DNA of 64,000 bases from a virus (IMGVR_UViG_3300006919_000037), one strand, 5' to 3'. Shown: positions 18,977 through 29,591, numbered from the stretch's first letter. A program made the numbers and translations. The notes: generated from the sequence alone by a model not told the origin.

Positions 18977-21073
18977 TTAGATATTTTCTGCCAACATTTC
19001 TATTGTGATCGATTTTGGATCATTGACATCGATATCAATAATATTGTTACGAACTGTCCGGACGGTTTCCTCATCAGGTTGGATGTTGAACGTTATGATG
19101 TTGGTTGAATACTGGATGTTATCCGTAACAGCCAACGGAAGAACTTCAGAAAATGTTACAACCCCGGTGTCAAACCGGATTGTTCCAGCATTTTCATTGA
19201 TAATCTCTTTTTCACCATTCTCTTTGTAGTAGAATGTCCGTAGGACCCCCGTATCACCCCCCAGAACCCCGGTAGCAGTTGCTCCGGACCCATCACCCCC
19301 ACCTGTAATAGAAACGGTCACACGGGAATAATTTGAACCCCTTTCATTCAGGGTTATGGATTCAACCTTCCTGTTCACGACAACAGCCGTAGCAGTGGCC
19401 CCGGAACCGTCACCGGAGATGGTTACTGTTGGAATTTCCGTATAGTCTTGTCCAGTATCAACAACAGTGATTGAGTCAATACCCGTAAAACTATCCGGTG
19501 TTACCTCATAAAAGACCTTTCTCTCAACACCAGCCAAATCAGTGACTGTGAATGATGGATATGAGTATGCCTGATCAGGGAATGACAATTTATCCAATGC
19601 CTGATAAAACTGGATTTCATATGTCAGGGTTTCATCAAGAGTGAATTCGACACGTCTTTGTAGATATATGGTTATCTCTGATGATATGATCGAAGCCTCA
19701 GAATCTGCTATCAGACGGTGGAGTGCAGATTCCCTGAACACGGATTCAAAAGTTTTCAGTTCACTATCCCTGTAATCGATAATAGTCTGCCTGACAAGCT
19801 GACTCAATTCGTTACTGGTCAGTGTTGTCTTCTTTGGATCATAACTTACATGGACGTTCAATAGCAAATAGGTGTATATCGGATCAACAATCTCAGGGAT
19901 AACTGTCATGATTGACCGGTTGGCAATAATCTCGTTCTTGATTCTATCTTTCTCAACAGCAGTTATCTCATAATTGTCTGTTGGTTTCAGGGAGAGGAAA
20001 ACTTTACCATACACGGGTGGAACGTTTTCAGCACCGGACCAGACTGATACAGCATCCAGATTTGGATAATCTCTCAGCATAAGAAGCTGGAAATCTTCAT
20101 CAGTCACGGCCCTGTTCTGTGATGTGTAATGGATAGGTGCACGTTTACGGATTTCTTCGATTGTTTCACGTGAAGCACCAGATGCTGACTTTGTTATTGT
20201 GGATACGGCAATGTTTGCATTGAAGCCGTCTACTGCATCTGTGGCCACAAATCTATCCAGAGAATTACCAGCCTCTCCAGCAACATCAAGATATGTCACA
20301 ATTGCAACAGACCCATTAGCTGGCTTTTTACCTATATAATCATCACCGAAATAGATGGTATATTGCCCATTGGCATCTGAATTTTCTTCAATCCAGAAAA
20401 CCCTTGAGTTGGCTGTCACTTCTGTGATATCTTGTGCCTGTGTGTATATGGACTTGGCAGTATTGGTTGTGGACTGCTGGACACTCACTGTGATTGTTGA
20501 GGTGTCTACGTTTGATGACTGGATGGTGAAACGTCTATCTGGGTTTCCAACCACATCCATGAGATACTGTTTTGTTACAACTTCACCCTGTTTCAACCAT
20601 ACGTTTGAAAACTCAAATGATCCTGATGTGACATTCTTTGTGGCTGTGTTTGAGTGGATTGTGACAAACTGGTAATTGGTCCCATCCTTGGCAGATGATA
20701 GGAACTTGGTGAACTTTGAAAGAGTTGCTGTGTTTGAGGCTTGATCTTCAGCACCACCGGGTGTGACTGCAATGTCTACAAGAGCCAAGGCCCCAACTTG
20801 TGAGCCGGGTACATAGTTCATATGTTTGGCATGTGAAAGGATTGAAGCCCGGACCTGTGCAGTGTCACCAAATGCCTCATTGGCTATCATGTTGCCATAA
20901 AAGCCCATATAGTGGGTGTTATATGCCAAAATATCCAACAGGACAGACATACCGGCACCTTCAAAATCATAGTCTGTAAATTCAGCCTGACCTGCCAAAT
21001 AGTCTTTCAGATTTTCCCTGATCTGATCATAATCCAGTTCAGTGATTCTTAGATTTGTATTTGAGGTTGTCAT
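18977..21073 (-). CDS. gp6: Baseplate wedge subunit
   Basis: LDYDQIRENLKDYL..Q.EFTDYDFEGAGMSVLLDILAYNTHY; QNRAVT; PPVYGKVF. Confidence 0.92.
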   Translation of the reverse strand: MTTSNTNLRITELDYDQIRENLKDYLAGQAEFTDYDFEGAGMSVLLDILAYNTHYMGFYGNMIANEAFGDTAQVRASILSHAKHMNYVPGSQVGALALVDIAVTPGGAEDQASNTATLSKFTKFLSSAKDGTNYQFVTIHSNTATKNVTSGSFEFSNVWLKQGEVVTKQYLMDVVGNPDRRFTIQSSNVDTSTITVSVQQSTTNTAKSIYTQAQDITEVTANSRVFWIEENSDANGQYTIYFGDDYIGKKPANGSVAIVTYLDVAGEAGNSLDRFVATDAVDGFNANIAVSTITKSASGASRETIEEIRKRAPIHYTSQNRAVTDEDFQLLMLRDYPNLDAVSVWSGAENVPPVYGKVFLSLKPTDNYEITAVEKDRIKNEIIANRSIMTVIPEIVDPIYTYLLLNVHVSYDPKKTTLTSNELSQLVRQTIIDYRDSELKTFESVFRESALHRLIADSEASIISSEITIYLQRRVEFTLDETLTYEIQFYQALDKLSFPDQAYSYPSFTVTDLAGVERKVFYEVTPDSFTGIDSITVVDTGQDYTEIPTVTISGDGSGATATAVVVNRKVESITLNERGSNYSRVTVSITGGGDGSGATATGVLGGDTGVLRTFYYKENGEKEIINENAGTIRFDTGVVTFSEVLPLAVTDNIQYSTNIITFNIQPDEETVRTVRNNIIDIDVNDPKSITIEMLAENI

Positions 21074-21475
21074 TTATCTGATTCTCTTTAGAAATAGTGA
21101 AAATGTGACCGGTGTTGTCAGTCCACGTATCTTGAAAACTACAGATGCTTCATACTGATTTTGGTCAGGCATCTGTGTTACACTAACTTCAAGCAAATTG
21201 GCTCTTGGTTCATAATTATATATCACCTCACTGATTGCATTCTCCAAAAAGTTTGCCGTCATAGGATTTATGTTTTCAAACAATAGCTTAGTGACGTTTG
21301 AACCAATAGAGTGTTGGAATTTTCTCTCGTAGAAATGAGTGAGAACCAGATTTCTGATTGATCTTTTGATTGCTTCAGCACCAATTAACTTCGAAACGTC
21401 CCCAGTTGCCGGGTGTTTTTCGAAGTTAAGATCAAGGTCTCTATAATCTGGTTTACGGGTTATTGACTGTTCCAT
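21074..21475 (-). CDS. gp25: Baseplate wedge subunit
   Basis: YRDLDLNF..HPATGDV, AIKRSIRNLVLT, YEPR. Confidence 0.9.
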   Translation of the reverse strand: MEQSITRKPDYRDLDLNFEKHPATGDVSKLIGAEAIKRSIRNLVLTHFYERKFQHSIGSNVTKLLFENINPMTANFLENAISEVIYNYEPRANLLEVSVTQMPDQNQYEASVVFKIRGLTTPVTFSLFLKRIR

Positions 21476-21480
21476 ATACC

Positions 21481-21488
21481 TATTTATG
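21481..21488 (-). promoter_or_regulatory. Late promoter (CATAAATA)
   Basis: Octamer 6 nt upstream of the gp25 start. Confidence 0.55.
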
Positions 21489-21513
21489 GATGTTTATAGT
21501 GTACTGCTGATGT

Positions 21514-22185
21514 TTAACCACCGTTGGCTGGTCTTAATGCAATTGTATATTCTCCTGCTGCATCCGACCCATTACTCCAAGCCGGTGGATTATGGAAACC
21601 TGCTGGAGATAGAAGGGCATTTCTTTCCATTATTCCAGCAGTTCCATTATTATTAGCATTCTGTTGTACAATACTTGTATATCCTGATGGTGCACCAAAT
21701 GTTACATCATCATCATCTAAAGCACCCATAGTTACTATTTGGCAATTATTTGTTACTGTTGTAATTGATGGTGGATCAATTGCTCCACTGAATGAATTTG
21801 TTGTTTTTTGGGGTGATACGTCCATAGGTGTTGTTTGATCAACATATCTATACCAAACAGCACACCATGCCTGACCATTAAGACCACTTAGAGTAGACCC
21901 TTCCGAACCTGTCCATATTTTATAAGCACCTATTTCATTAGCACTTGTTTGACCATCCGTTCCAATTGAAATAAATCCACTTGGTTTCGTTTCACCACTT
22001 GCAGAATCCGATACATGGACTATTAGGCACAAATCACCAGCCTCTACAGTACCGGGTACTGTAATTGAACCACCATTACCATTATTTCTAGCTGATGCAA
22101 TCCGTGTTATATCTGGAATATCAGCACCCTGCCCAGCCGATGCACGTCTTTGTCTATGACTATTCATTTCTTTCCAAATTTTCAA
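21514..22185 (-). CDS. Putative fibre-tip / carbohydrate-binding-type virion protein
   Basis: Gly/Ser/Thr-rich beta-type sequence (VPGTVEAGDLCL, DPPSITT); start uncertain. Confidence 0.55.
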   Translation of the reverse strand: MKIWKEMNSHRQRRASAGQGADIPDITRIASARNNGNGGSITVPGTVEAGDLCLIVHVSDSASGETKPSGFISIGTDGQTSANEIGAYKIWTGSEGSTLSGLNGQAWCAVWYRYVDQTTPMDVSPQKTTNSFSGAIDPPSITTVTNNCQIVTMGALDDDDVTFGAPSGYTSIVQQNANNNGTAGIMERNALLSPAGFHNPPAWSNGSDAAGEYTIALRPANGG

Positions 22186-22639
22186 TAAATTTTAGGAATT
22201 GTTTATTAGTATATTTTGGCTCACCCTGTAAAACTCGTATATCATTCATTATATGAAAAAAAAGTTGTCCTTTTATTCCTCTAATAAATCTTTTAGCATT
22301 TTCAGTAATGTCTAATTCTTTTTCGATATTTTCTGCATCAATTTCTTCTTGTGTCTTTGGTTCAACTGTCCATGTTGAGAATACCACTTTCTGAACCGGA
22401 TCAACATTGTGTACCGGCCCCGATAGTTTTTCGTTCACACCAACAACACTATCCTGTCCGGATTCAACTTGTTTCCACATTCCCTTATCAATTAATTCAA
22501 ACAGGCTCATATTCCACACCCCAGATACGTTTTTGGTGTTGAATGGTAATCTCATTGGACCTTTTTCGATGCTATACACACCCTCATTCAGGCTAACCTT
22601 GAAAAACATGTCGTTAGAGTAATCGTATTTGTATTGCAT
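22160..22639 (-). CDS. Hypothetical protein (possible fibre chaperone)
   Basis: WTVEPKTQEEI pattern; directly follows a fibre gene. Confidence 0.55.
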   Translation of the reverse strand: MQYKYDYSNDMFFKVSLNEGVYSIEKGPMRLPFNTKNVSGVWNMSLFELIDKGMWKQVESGQDSVVGVNEKLSGPVHNVDPVQKVVFSTWTVEPKTQEEIDAENIEKELDITENAKRFIRGIKGQLFFHIMNDIRVLQGEPKYTNKQFLKFIENLERNE

Positions 22640-22645
22640 TTTATG

Positions 22646-24178
22646 TTATCCCATATCCAGACCAGATGCATAGCCATACCACGTGGTGCCACCATCTGAT
22701 GTGATGAATTCTAAGGTGTCAACCCCGGATGTTGTTAGTGTTGGTGCAGTAGCACCGGCCCAATCAACGGATGCTGGCCAGTTAACTGTTTGTGATCCAC
22801 CATTTGTTAATATCAATGTAAAGCTTGATGATAGACCAGAAACAGCAGCATTGGAGAATGTGAATGTTGTTGCTGATGTATCAACGGTTCCGGTCACAAT
22901 CGTACCAAGTTTTAAATCAATATCCTGTGTACCACCACCAATTGAGCCGATTGCATTTCTTTTTTCAATAAAATTATTTGCCTGTACCCCGGTATCGTCT
23001 ACCAATAATTGAGTTATTCCATTAATCTTTACCCCAACATCACCACCGGCTTCATCAGTTTGTAGATTCAATCTACCCGTTCCATGATGTTCTATACGGG
23101 ATTCAGCATTGGCACCAGTGCTGAATCTGATAATTCTTAAAGCATAGTCTGTATAAGTATCATCCCCATGAAAATCTATGTATGCAAGTCGATCACCAGA
23201 ACCCCCACTATTGATTTCAATATTGGTATCTCCAATAGTGGTATTGTATTGTAACATTGAACTGTTTGCCCGACCATAAGCAGATTGTGCTGTATCCAGA
23301 GCAATATTGGCCTGATCAAAGGCAGCAGATGGAAGAGCTACTGATCCATTGGCAGTGTCAAAGGCAGCAACAGCAGCAGCATAGGCAGCATTGGCTGTCC
23401 CATATGTTGACACAACAAACACGTTTGCTGAGTTAGCCGTATCATAAGCCCCAGAAGCAGCTATCTGTGCAGAATTGGCTGTTCCGAAAGCAGATATAGC
23501 AGCAGCATTGGCACCGTTGGCTGTATCATAAGCCCCACCAGCAGCCGTATTAGCAGATGCAGCCGTAATACTGGCAGCATTTGCAGTGTCAAAGGCAGCA
23601 GCACCTGTAATAGTAGCACCGTTAGCCGTATCATATGCACCGGAAGCCGTTATAACAGCCCCGTTGGCAGTACCATAAGCATTTATAGCAGCAATGGATG
23701 CATCATTGGCAGTAGTGTTGGCTGTTGTGGCCGTAGCAGATGCAACATTGGCAGTATCTGAAGCAGTTATAGCAGCAGCAGATGCAGTGTTGGCCTGATC
23801 ATATGATCCAGAAGCCAAAGCTCCAGCAGCCACGGCATTGACATTTGCTGTGTTTGCCAATGTTGAGGCATCATTGGCAGTTGTGTATGCAGTGTTTGCT
23901 TGGGTGTATGCAGCATTAGCTTGATCAAATGCCGGTCCTAGTCCACCACTGGCTGTGTTGGCCTGATCATAAGCAGATTGTGCTGTGGCTAATGCTGTGT
24001 TAGACAGATCATATATGACATACACAGGTGAGTTGGCTACATTAGCCCACTCAAGGTTTCCAACGACAAAATGGGCAGTGTTGCCATTCCACTGTGCTGG
24101 ACCAACCTTATCGGTTTCACCGGTATCAGCAACATTCGAATAGAACGTGTGTTGTATTAATAGTCCTGTATTGGCCAT
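22646..24178 (-). CDS. Tail fibre protein with long Ala-rich heptad stalk
   Basis: Many AYDTAN/AFDQAN repeats, YIDFHGD...DYALRI motif, C-terminal VNWPASVDWAG..PTLT..GVD domain. Confidence 0.75.
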   Translation of the reverse strand: MANTGLLIQHTFYSNVADTGETDKVGPAQWNGNTAHFVVGNLEWANVANSPVYVIYDLSNTALATAQSAYDQANTASGGLGPAFDQANAAYTQANTAYTTANDASTLANTANVNAVAAGALASGSYDQANTASAAAITASDTANVASATATTANTTANDASIAAINAYGTANGAVITASGAYDTANGATITGAAAFDTANAASITAASANTAAGGAYDTANGANAAAISAFGTANSAQIAASGAYDTANSANVFVVSTYGTANAAYAAAVAAFDTANGSVALPSAAFDQANIALDTAQSAYGRANSSMLQYNTTIGDTNIEINSGGSGDRLAYIDFHGDDTYTDYALRIIRFSTGANAESRIEHHGTGRLNLQTDEAGGDVGVKINGITQLLVDDTGVQANNFIEKRNAIGSIGGGTQDIDLKLGTIVTGTVDTSATTFTFSNAAVSGLSSSFTLILTNGGSQTVNWPASVDWAGATAPTLTTSGVDTLEFITSDGGTTWYGYASGLDMG

Positions 24179-24537
24179 TACTGGAATGTATCCCCTTGGA
24201 ATCCGTCACCTTGGAAGGTTGTTGTAGTTACAACCGGTGTTGAGGTGTCTGTTGTTTCGTTGCCACCATATGTATCTCCGGAACCCTGTGCAGTCATTGG
24301 GTTTGTATGTCCAGCATTATCTGGTTTTGCATTATCCGGTACATCCATGATAGCCTTGATACCATTTATGTAAATCTTGTTGTATGTAGGAATCAGTTGA
24401 CCATTGCCGTGGGAGTTGATATCATCCTTGACTGCCCAAAGCTTGCTATTGACAAAAACCTTTGTCTGTAAAAGTACAGTTGTTGTGGCATCACAACTTC
24501 TCAGATCACCGTTCCTATGTGCTGGTTTACCGGCCAT
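24178..24537 (-). CDS. gp5.4: PAAR-like spike tip protein
   Basis: PAHRNGD.RSC, VFVNSK..AVKDD..SH, GHTNP..AQGS motifs. Confidence 0.7.
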   Translation of the reverse strand: MAGKPAHRNGDLRSCDATTTVLLQTKVFVNSKLWAVKDDINSHGNGQLIPTYNKIYINGIKAIMDVPDNAKPDNAGHTNPMTAQGSGDTYGGNETTDTSTPVVTTTTFQGDGFQGDTFQ

Positions 24538-24542
24538 GATAT

Positions 24543-25295
24543 TTAGAAGTCCTTGGTATAGTTGAATGCAGCAGCATCTGCTTCACCAGATTGTAGCCAT
24601 GTTTCTGTTCCATCGATACCAACCATGCCACCAGCCTTCAGTGACATCTTTGCACCACTTTCAATCATCAGAGCCTGACCAGACTTCATACCCAGTGCTG
24701 TTGCAGCCTGTATGCCCACGGCATCGTTCTGTGATGCTATAGCCACACCACCATCTCCTGAGATGAGTGATCTTCCTTCTGTTCCGTGTATGGAATTGCC
24801 TTTGACCTTTGTTGACTGGTTTCCCTGAACTGCCAAGTCTGAGTCACCCAAAATGGCTTCTGATTTCTTGTTGGCTATGGTGTTGATTTCACCATTCACA
24901 ACAGTGTTCATGTCACCATTCACAGTCATGTTATACTCACCTTCAACCTTCAGTGAAGCACCACCTTGAACAACCACATCGTATGCACCTGTTACAATCA
25001 TCCTATGCTCACCAAATGTGACCTCATACTTACCTTTTTTGTTCGTGAACGTAACAGCACCATCCGGCATCATCTGGATAGATGAACCTGATCTGTGTTG
25101 TAGTGTTACAGATTCGGCACCCGGTGAGTCGTCCATCTGCAAGACATGGCCGGAACGAGTCTTATGTGAATAGTAAAGAGGATACTTCCCGGCATTAGTG
25201 TCCTTACGGGCATCTTTCGGTGTTTCGAATTCATCCGGTGTTGTTGCAACCGGGTTCGATACAGTCTCTTTTGCTGGTGTGTTAAAATCTGCCAT
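24543..25295 (-). CDS. Baseplate central spike, gp5 C-terminal beta-helix portion
   Basis: YPLY...TRSGHVLQMDDSPGAE...HRSGS motif and V.G.Y...V.G repeats. Confidence 0.75.
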   Translation of the reverse strand: MADFNTPAKETVSNPVATTPDEFETPKDARKDTNAGKYPLYYSHKTRSGHVLQMDDSPGAESVTLQHRSGSSIQMMPDGAVTFTNKKGKYEVTFGEHRMIVTGAYDVVVQGGASLKVEGEYNMTVNGDMNTVVNGEINTIANKKSEAILGDSDLAVQGNQSTKVKGNSIHGTEGRSLISGDGGVAIASQNDAVGIQAATALGMKSGQALMIESGAKMSLKAGGMVGIDGTETWLQSGEADAAAFNYTKDF

Positions 25296-26504
25296 TTAGA
25301 ATCCCGGAAATAACTTTCCATCACCAAATAATCCATCACTACCATTGATCCGGTCTCTTGGTGCTTTACCGGAATCCACATGATCTTTTATGAGTGTTTT
25401 GAATTTGTTCTGGTTTGTTGTTGTCAGTCTGTTGAATATGTTTTTGATTGCTGATTGATCGAACATCCCTGCTGATGCACCACCGGCACCGGGAAGCTGT
25501 CCCATCTGGGTCTGAAAGGCAGCTAGTGCAGACTGGACGGCATCCGGAATATCAATAGACACACCACCGGAAGAATCGACCTGCTGGACTACATTACCAA
25601 ATGCAGTCTCAATTTCTATAGCCACGTTGGCATACTGGTCCAGACCTCTAAGTGCATCATCCTCAAGACTCTGTAATGTTTGGAACACATCCTCTACGGT
25701 CTTGGAACCTTTCAGTGCATCTACTGCATTTTGCAGGAACACATCTGGGTTGATCTTGTCATCTGTGGAGAACCCACCACTGTCTGCTGATATGTCAGAC
25801 TGCATGAGAACCATTGCATTTTCAATAGCCCCCTTGACTTCAGCAGGCATATCTGAGAACATCTCTGATTTTTGACCGGTTGTCATCTGGCTTAACATAT
25901 CACCCATGGAGAATTTCAGGCCGGGTATCTGTGCTAACATGTCACCAGTCAGTATCTTCTCAAATTGCTGTTTGGCTGTTGCAACAGATTTGAGTGCCTT
26001 GTTTTTCAGACCGGCTATCTGTGACGTTGCCAGATGTGATGGGAGATGGTTGGCAAGGGATAGTGAGTGTTCGATACCTTTCTCGACAAGCTCAAACACC
26101 TCACCAACCCGTTTGGATTTTGGTGGAATCTTTGTGCCTGATGGACGGCTTCTTGTCCCGAAAATAAAGTCCAGTGGTGAGTTACCGGGAATACCAAAGT
26201 TTGGATTACCAACAGATGGTATCGTACCGTGGATTATGGAGTGGTTTGTACCCGGTTGTCCAACGGTTTGAACAGCCATAAGGCTTGCACCTTGGTCAAT
26301 AACCGGTGCACACACATGCTGTTGACCTGTTGGTATGATAACAGTAGAGAATGCCAAGTGCTCATCCAGCACGTCCCGACCATGTTTCTGTGGAATACGG
26401 GCCTTAAGCTGCATGTTGTTGAGTGAACATGTATTTTCTGGGTTAGCTCCCGGACCTGCAACCCCAAACTGGTGCTGGTTGGCAGTATCTCTTTGAATTG
26501 ACAT
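25296..26504 (-). CDS. Probable gp5 N-terminal (OB-fold) baseplate hub protein
   Basis: Degenerate ARIPQKHG...IIHGTIP resembles the gp5 OB-fold; abuts the gp5 C-terminal gene. Confidence 0.45.
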   Translation of the reverse strand: MSIQRDTANQHQFGVAGPGANPENTCSLNNMQLKARIPQKHGRDVLDEHLAFSTVIIPTGQQHVCAPVIDQGASLMAVQTVGQPGTNHSIIHGTIPSVGNPNFGIPGNSPLDFIFGTRSRPSGTKIPPKSKRVGEVFELVEKGIEHSLSLANHLPSHLATSQIAGLKNKALKSVATAKQQFEKILTGDMLAQIPGLKFSMGDMLSQMTTGQKSEMFSDMPAEVKGAIENAMVLMQSDISADSGGFSTDDKINPDVFLQNAVDALKGSKTVEDVFQTLQSLEDDALRGLDQYANVAIEIETAFGNVVQQVDSSGGVSIDIPDAVQSALAAFQTQMGQLPGAGGASAGMFDQSAIKNIFNRLTTTNQNKFKTLIKDHVDSGKAPRDRINGSDGLFGDGKLFPGF

Positions 26505-26699
26505 TTAACCCCTCAAACCCCCGGTTGATCTTTGGGAAGTCCTGACACCACTCATTAACGATGCTCTGCTTTTTGGTGCAGGCACAGGGACTTTCCTCTT
26601 GATGGGTTGTTGTTTGGATGCTCCTAACATCTGGAGCCTGTTTGTTCTACCAACCAAACCACCTTCTGCCTCATCTATAAACTGTTTGAATGTTTTCAT
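26505..26699 (-). CDS. Small basic putative internal head protein
   Basis: Starts MKTFKQFIDEAE, like the T4 capsid-targeting sequence MKTYQEFIAE. Confidence 0.6.
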   Translation of the reverse strand: MKTFKQFIDEAEGGLVGRTNRLQMLGASKQQPIKRKVPVPAPKSRASLMSGVRTSQRSTGGLRG

Positions 26700-27610
26700 C
26701 GTACTTCCTTGGAACTGTATAGATTCGGATCATATTTGATTTCTTTACGGTTTGTCATATTCTTAAGTATAAAAGCTTTTTCATCGGGAGTTGCTTGATA
26801 ACCAGAGAATAGTTTACCCATAATGAAACCTCTTTTTACTTTGGTATCCAGATGCAGTGTGCTTTCTATATTACCAGCCACAATCTTATAGTTAAGCAAG
26901 TGTGTACTCACGTTCTTATCTTTGACTTGTTTCAATATACGTTGAACAGAAAACTCCAATGAGTCTTGTTCTTTCTGCCATGGGTTAAGATTATATAGCT
27001 GGTATACTAGACTTCCATCAGGTTTTTCGAAAGTAAATATGCCATGTTTTTTGGTTGCAGCATCAGACAATTCATGATTAATGTCATCTGAAACTGGGAT
27101 GGTTCTTGGGTATATCTTTTCACGGACCCGTTTTTCAGCCAAGAATTCTCTACCATGTGCCTTGTCACCACCACTGGTTACAAAAATATCCTGCATGAAC
27201 ATCTTGAGGTGTATCATTTCATGCATCATGATATCACTGGTATAGTCGATATCCATCAGCACGTTCTTGTTGATCTTGATCCAGTTGAGTTTATCCAACC
27301 GGTACTCTTTATTACGACCCCGGCCTTTACTGAAGTATGTAGCACTGGCCACCCCGGTTTTTCCCTTGAGGCTGGCATACTTGACCGGAACAGTGGGTAT
27401 CTCACTATTCCAATATTTGGTGTTGAGTTCAGTGAACAACCGTGGCAGGTTATGGCTTGGCATGGCCATTTCTGTAATTTCTTTGGGTTGACACATGGCA
27501 CAATCACAGGAAATTTCGATAGTCTCTTTGGTCCAGCCATCATCCTTCAACTGTTTTTCAGTTTTCTTTCTCTTAAGAGCCTCATCTATGTACTGTTTGA
27601 ACGTTTTCAT
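26696..27610 (-). CDS. SprT-like zinc metalloprotease with capsid-targeting N-terminus
   Basis: MKTFKQYIDEA start; LFTELN.KYW, HEMIH (HExxH), HGREF. Confidence 0.7.
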   Translation of the reverse strand: MKTFKQYIDEALKRKKTEKQLKDDGWTKETIEISCDCAMCQPKEITEMAMPSHNLPRLFTELNTKYWNSEIPTVPVKYASLKGKTGVASATYFSKGRGRNKEYRLDKLNWIKINKNVLMDIDYTSDIMMHEMIHLKMFMQDIFVTSGGDKAHGREFLAEKRVREKIYPRTIPVSDDINHELSDAATKKHGIFTFEKPDGSLVYQLYNLNPWQKEQDSLEFSVQRILKQVKDKNVSTHLLNYKIVAGNIESTLHLDTKVKRGFIMGKLFSGYQATPDEKAFILKNMTNRKEIKYDPNLYSSKEVR

Positions 27611-27611
27611 G

Positions 27612-28883
27612 TTAGACTTTTCCGAATCCTACTGTTTTAGATACACAATCCAGTGTTGTGAGACCTAGACCACCAGCTTTCACCGTGTGGGTCATTGAAG
27701 CTATCAAGTAGTCACCTGAACCATAATTCCTTGGATCAGTTGGCTTAACACCCTCAGTACCCTTATTTATGAACGTTACGTTGATCATCTGACCGGCATG
27801 TAAAGAAGGATTCCACGGGAGCACGACTCTCAAACCAAGCTTGTCTTCTTCAAGCAGCCCCATACGTGCCTGTCTTAAAAGACCATACTTCTCAACAGCC
27901 ACCTCACAGGAGTCAAGCTGGCTTGCTGTTCCAAAATTCGTTGTGGCAGCAAGAGCAGCAGCCCCACCGATTCCACATGTGGATGATTTGTCACCAATGA
28001 CAGAAAAAGCTCCATTGCTTGGATTGAATGGCAATATAGACCTACGTGACCCAAACTGACCAACACCGTTAAGAATGTCACTCAGCACGTCGAAATCACA
28101 TGGGAATGAGTATGATATGATATTGAAAGGATCATATAGACCGGACTGGTAAACACCCTTCTCATGAAAGATGAACTTACGACTCTCCGGAACAGTCTGT
28201 TTCGTCATTTCCTTGAGTGATTTAAACTTATGGGTCCCACCATCATCATCGTTTGAATTCTCGTATGTCATGAAATGAACGAATGATGGATCATTACCAC
28301 CGGCAAGTGCAACATCAGCCTGTTGTGATACTACCTGAAACGGGTGTATGTTTTCAGCAATGTAATCCCTCTTCGGATCAGCATCTTCTATATCCATGTT
28401 CTTTGCACCTATACATTGTGAGAGAACGTCCCTCACAACCTGTGACGGTTTGGTGCATGACCATGACTTTGACACAAGCATATTGGCATCCAGCAGCATT
28501 GACGGATCACATGCATTCAGGTTGTAGTTCTGGATTGACGTGGATTGGGGTGCTCTATTATCCAGCCTGTAGATAACCTGTTTGGTATCCATAGTGTGCT
28601 GAACACCATACTGTTCAAGAATCGGTGCATTGAATCTCAGTTTCAGGTTCTTTCCAGAGTATTCATCCAGAACCTTACGGGTTGGTGAATGGTGAATGGT
28701 GTCTTGAACTGCAACAGATGTCTGTAAGCCGGGTGTGAGCAAAGATTCGGAGAGGTTGAATTCCATTATGGAAAGCATATCCGATTTGATGTTATCGGGC
28801 ACACCCTCAACATCAGCCACAAAATAGACTTTCTGATCACCAGTATAGCTCTTCAAACCCTTGTCGTATTGATTTTCTGGCAT
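27612..28883 (-). CDS. Probable baseplate hub protein (gp27-like)
   Basis: LSESLLTPGL, FMTYE..THKFKSL, LPWNPSLHAGQMI, SGDYLI pattern; next to gp53. Confidence 0.55.
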   Translation of the reverse strand: MPENQYDKGLKSYTGDQKVYFVADVEGVPDNIKSDMLSIMEFNLSESLLTPGLQTSVAVQDTIHHSPTRKVLDEYSGKNLKLRFNAPILEQYGVQHTMDTKQVIYRLDNRAPQSTSIQNYNLNACDPSMLLDANMLVSKSWSCTKPSQVVRDVLSQCIGAKNMDIEDADPKRDYIAENIHPFQVVSQQADVALAGGNDPSFVHFMTYENSNDDDGGTHKFKSLKEMTKQTVPESRKFIFHEKGVYQSGLYDPFNIISYSFPCDFDVLSDILNGVGQFGSRRSILPFNPSNGAFSVIGDKSSTCGIGGAAALAATTNFGTASQLDSCEVAVEKYGLLRQARMGLLEEDKLGLRVVLPWNPSLHAGQMINVTFINKGTEGVKPTDPRNYGSGDYLIASMTHTVKAGGLGLTTLDCVSKTVGFGKV

Positions 28884-29590
28884 TATGTGAGGGACCTCAG
28901 ACCGTAGTTGGCAAGTCTATTACCACCAACCCTGCTTACTAATTTACTGAATTCTTCCCTGATCTGTGGATAATAACCGGGATCGATAATCTTTATTGTA
29001 CGTTTGGACTCATTTAGAAGAAATTCATAGTCATAAAATGAAACACGGTCTTTTGTTATTGTCTCTATACATGATGATCCATTACCTATATCATATGTTT
29101 CAGTGACGGTTACTGCAAGATCAGTGTAGTTATCATATGGGACCTCAAGATCATCAGCCCCCACGTCTGCTTCATCTATCTGGAATTTCTGAACAGTCTC
29201 TTCCCCGGTTAACGAGTCCTTTCTGGTGACTATCTTCTCCCAGTGGTGATAAGTTGTTTGTGCAATTTCAAACGACCCATACTTGTTGACTATGAAGTTA
29301 TCGAAACTCCGGTTATCCATCAGCCAATCATATTGTGGATCGATGATATTGTTTGCCAAGAGAATTACCCAGTGGGCTTCCGGATTGCCATACCATCTGT
29401 CTGCCAAAATCTCCGGTGTCTCACCATCCTTGAGGATATACTCTTCATAGGCTGTGGAGTTATTGAGTATGTTTGTGAGAAATCCGAACCTGAACAGGAT
29501 ATTGGTAACAGCCGTATAGTTGTTAACCCCGACTTCACCCCTGTTGATGTTGTAGTTTATGGTTGGAAATTTAGAATAAAAATCTGCCAT
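28883..29590 (-). CDS. gp53: Baseplate wedge subunit
   Basis: FYSKFPTINY, DGETPEILADRWYG..HWVILLANNIIDPQYDW, NESKRTIKII. Confidence 0.88.
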   Translation of the reverse strand: MADFYSKFPTINYNINRGEVGVNNYTAVTNILFRFGFLTNILNNSTAYEEYILKDGETPEILADRWYGNPEAHWVILLANNIIDPQYDWLMDNRSFDNFIVNKYGSFEIAQTTYHHWEKIVTRKDSLTGEETVQKFQIDEADVGADDLEVPYDNYTDLAVTVTETYDIGNGSSCIETITKDRVSFYDYEFLLNESKRTIKIIDPGYYPQIREEFSKLVSRVGGNRLANYGLRSLT

Positions 29591-29591
29591 T

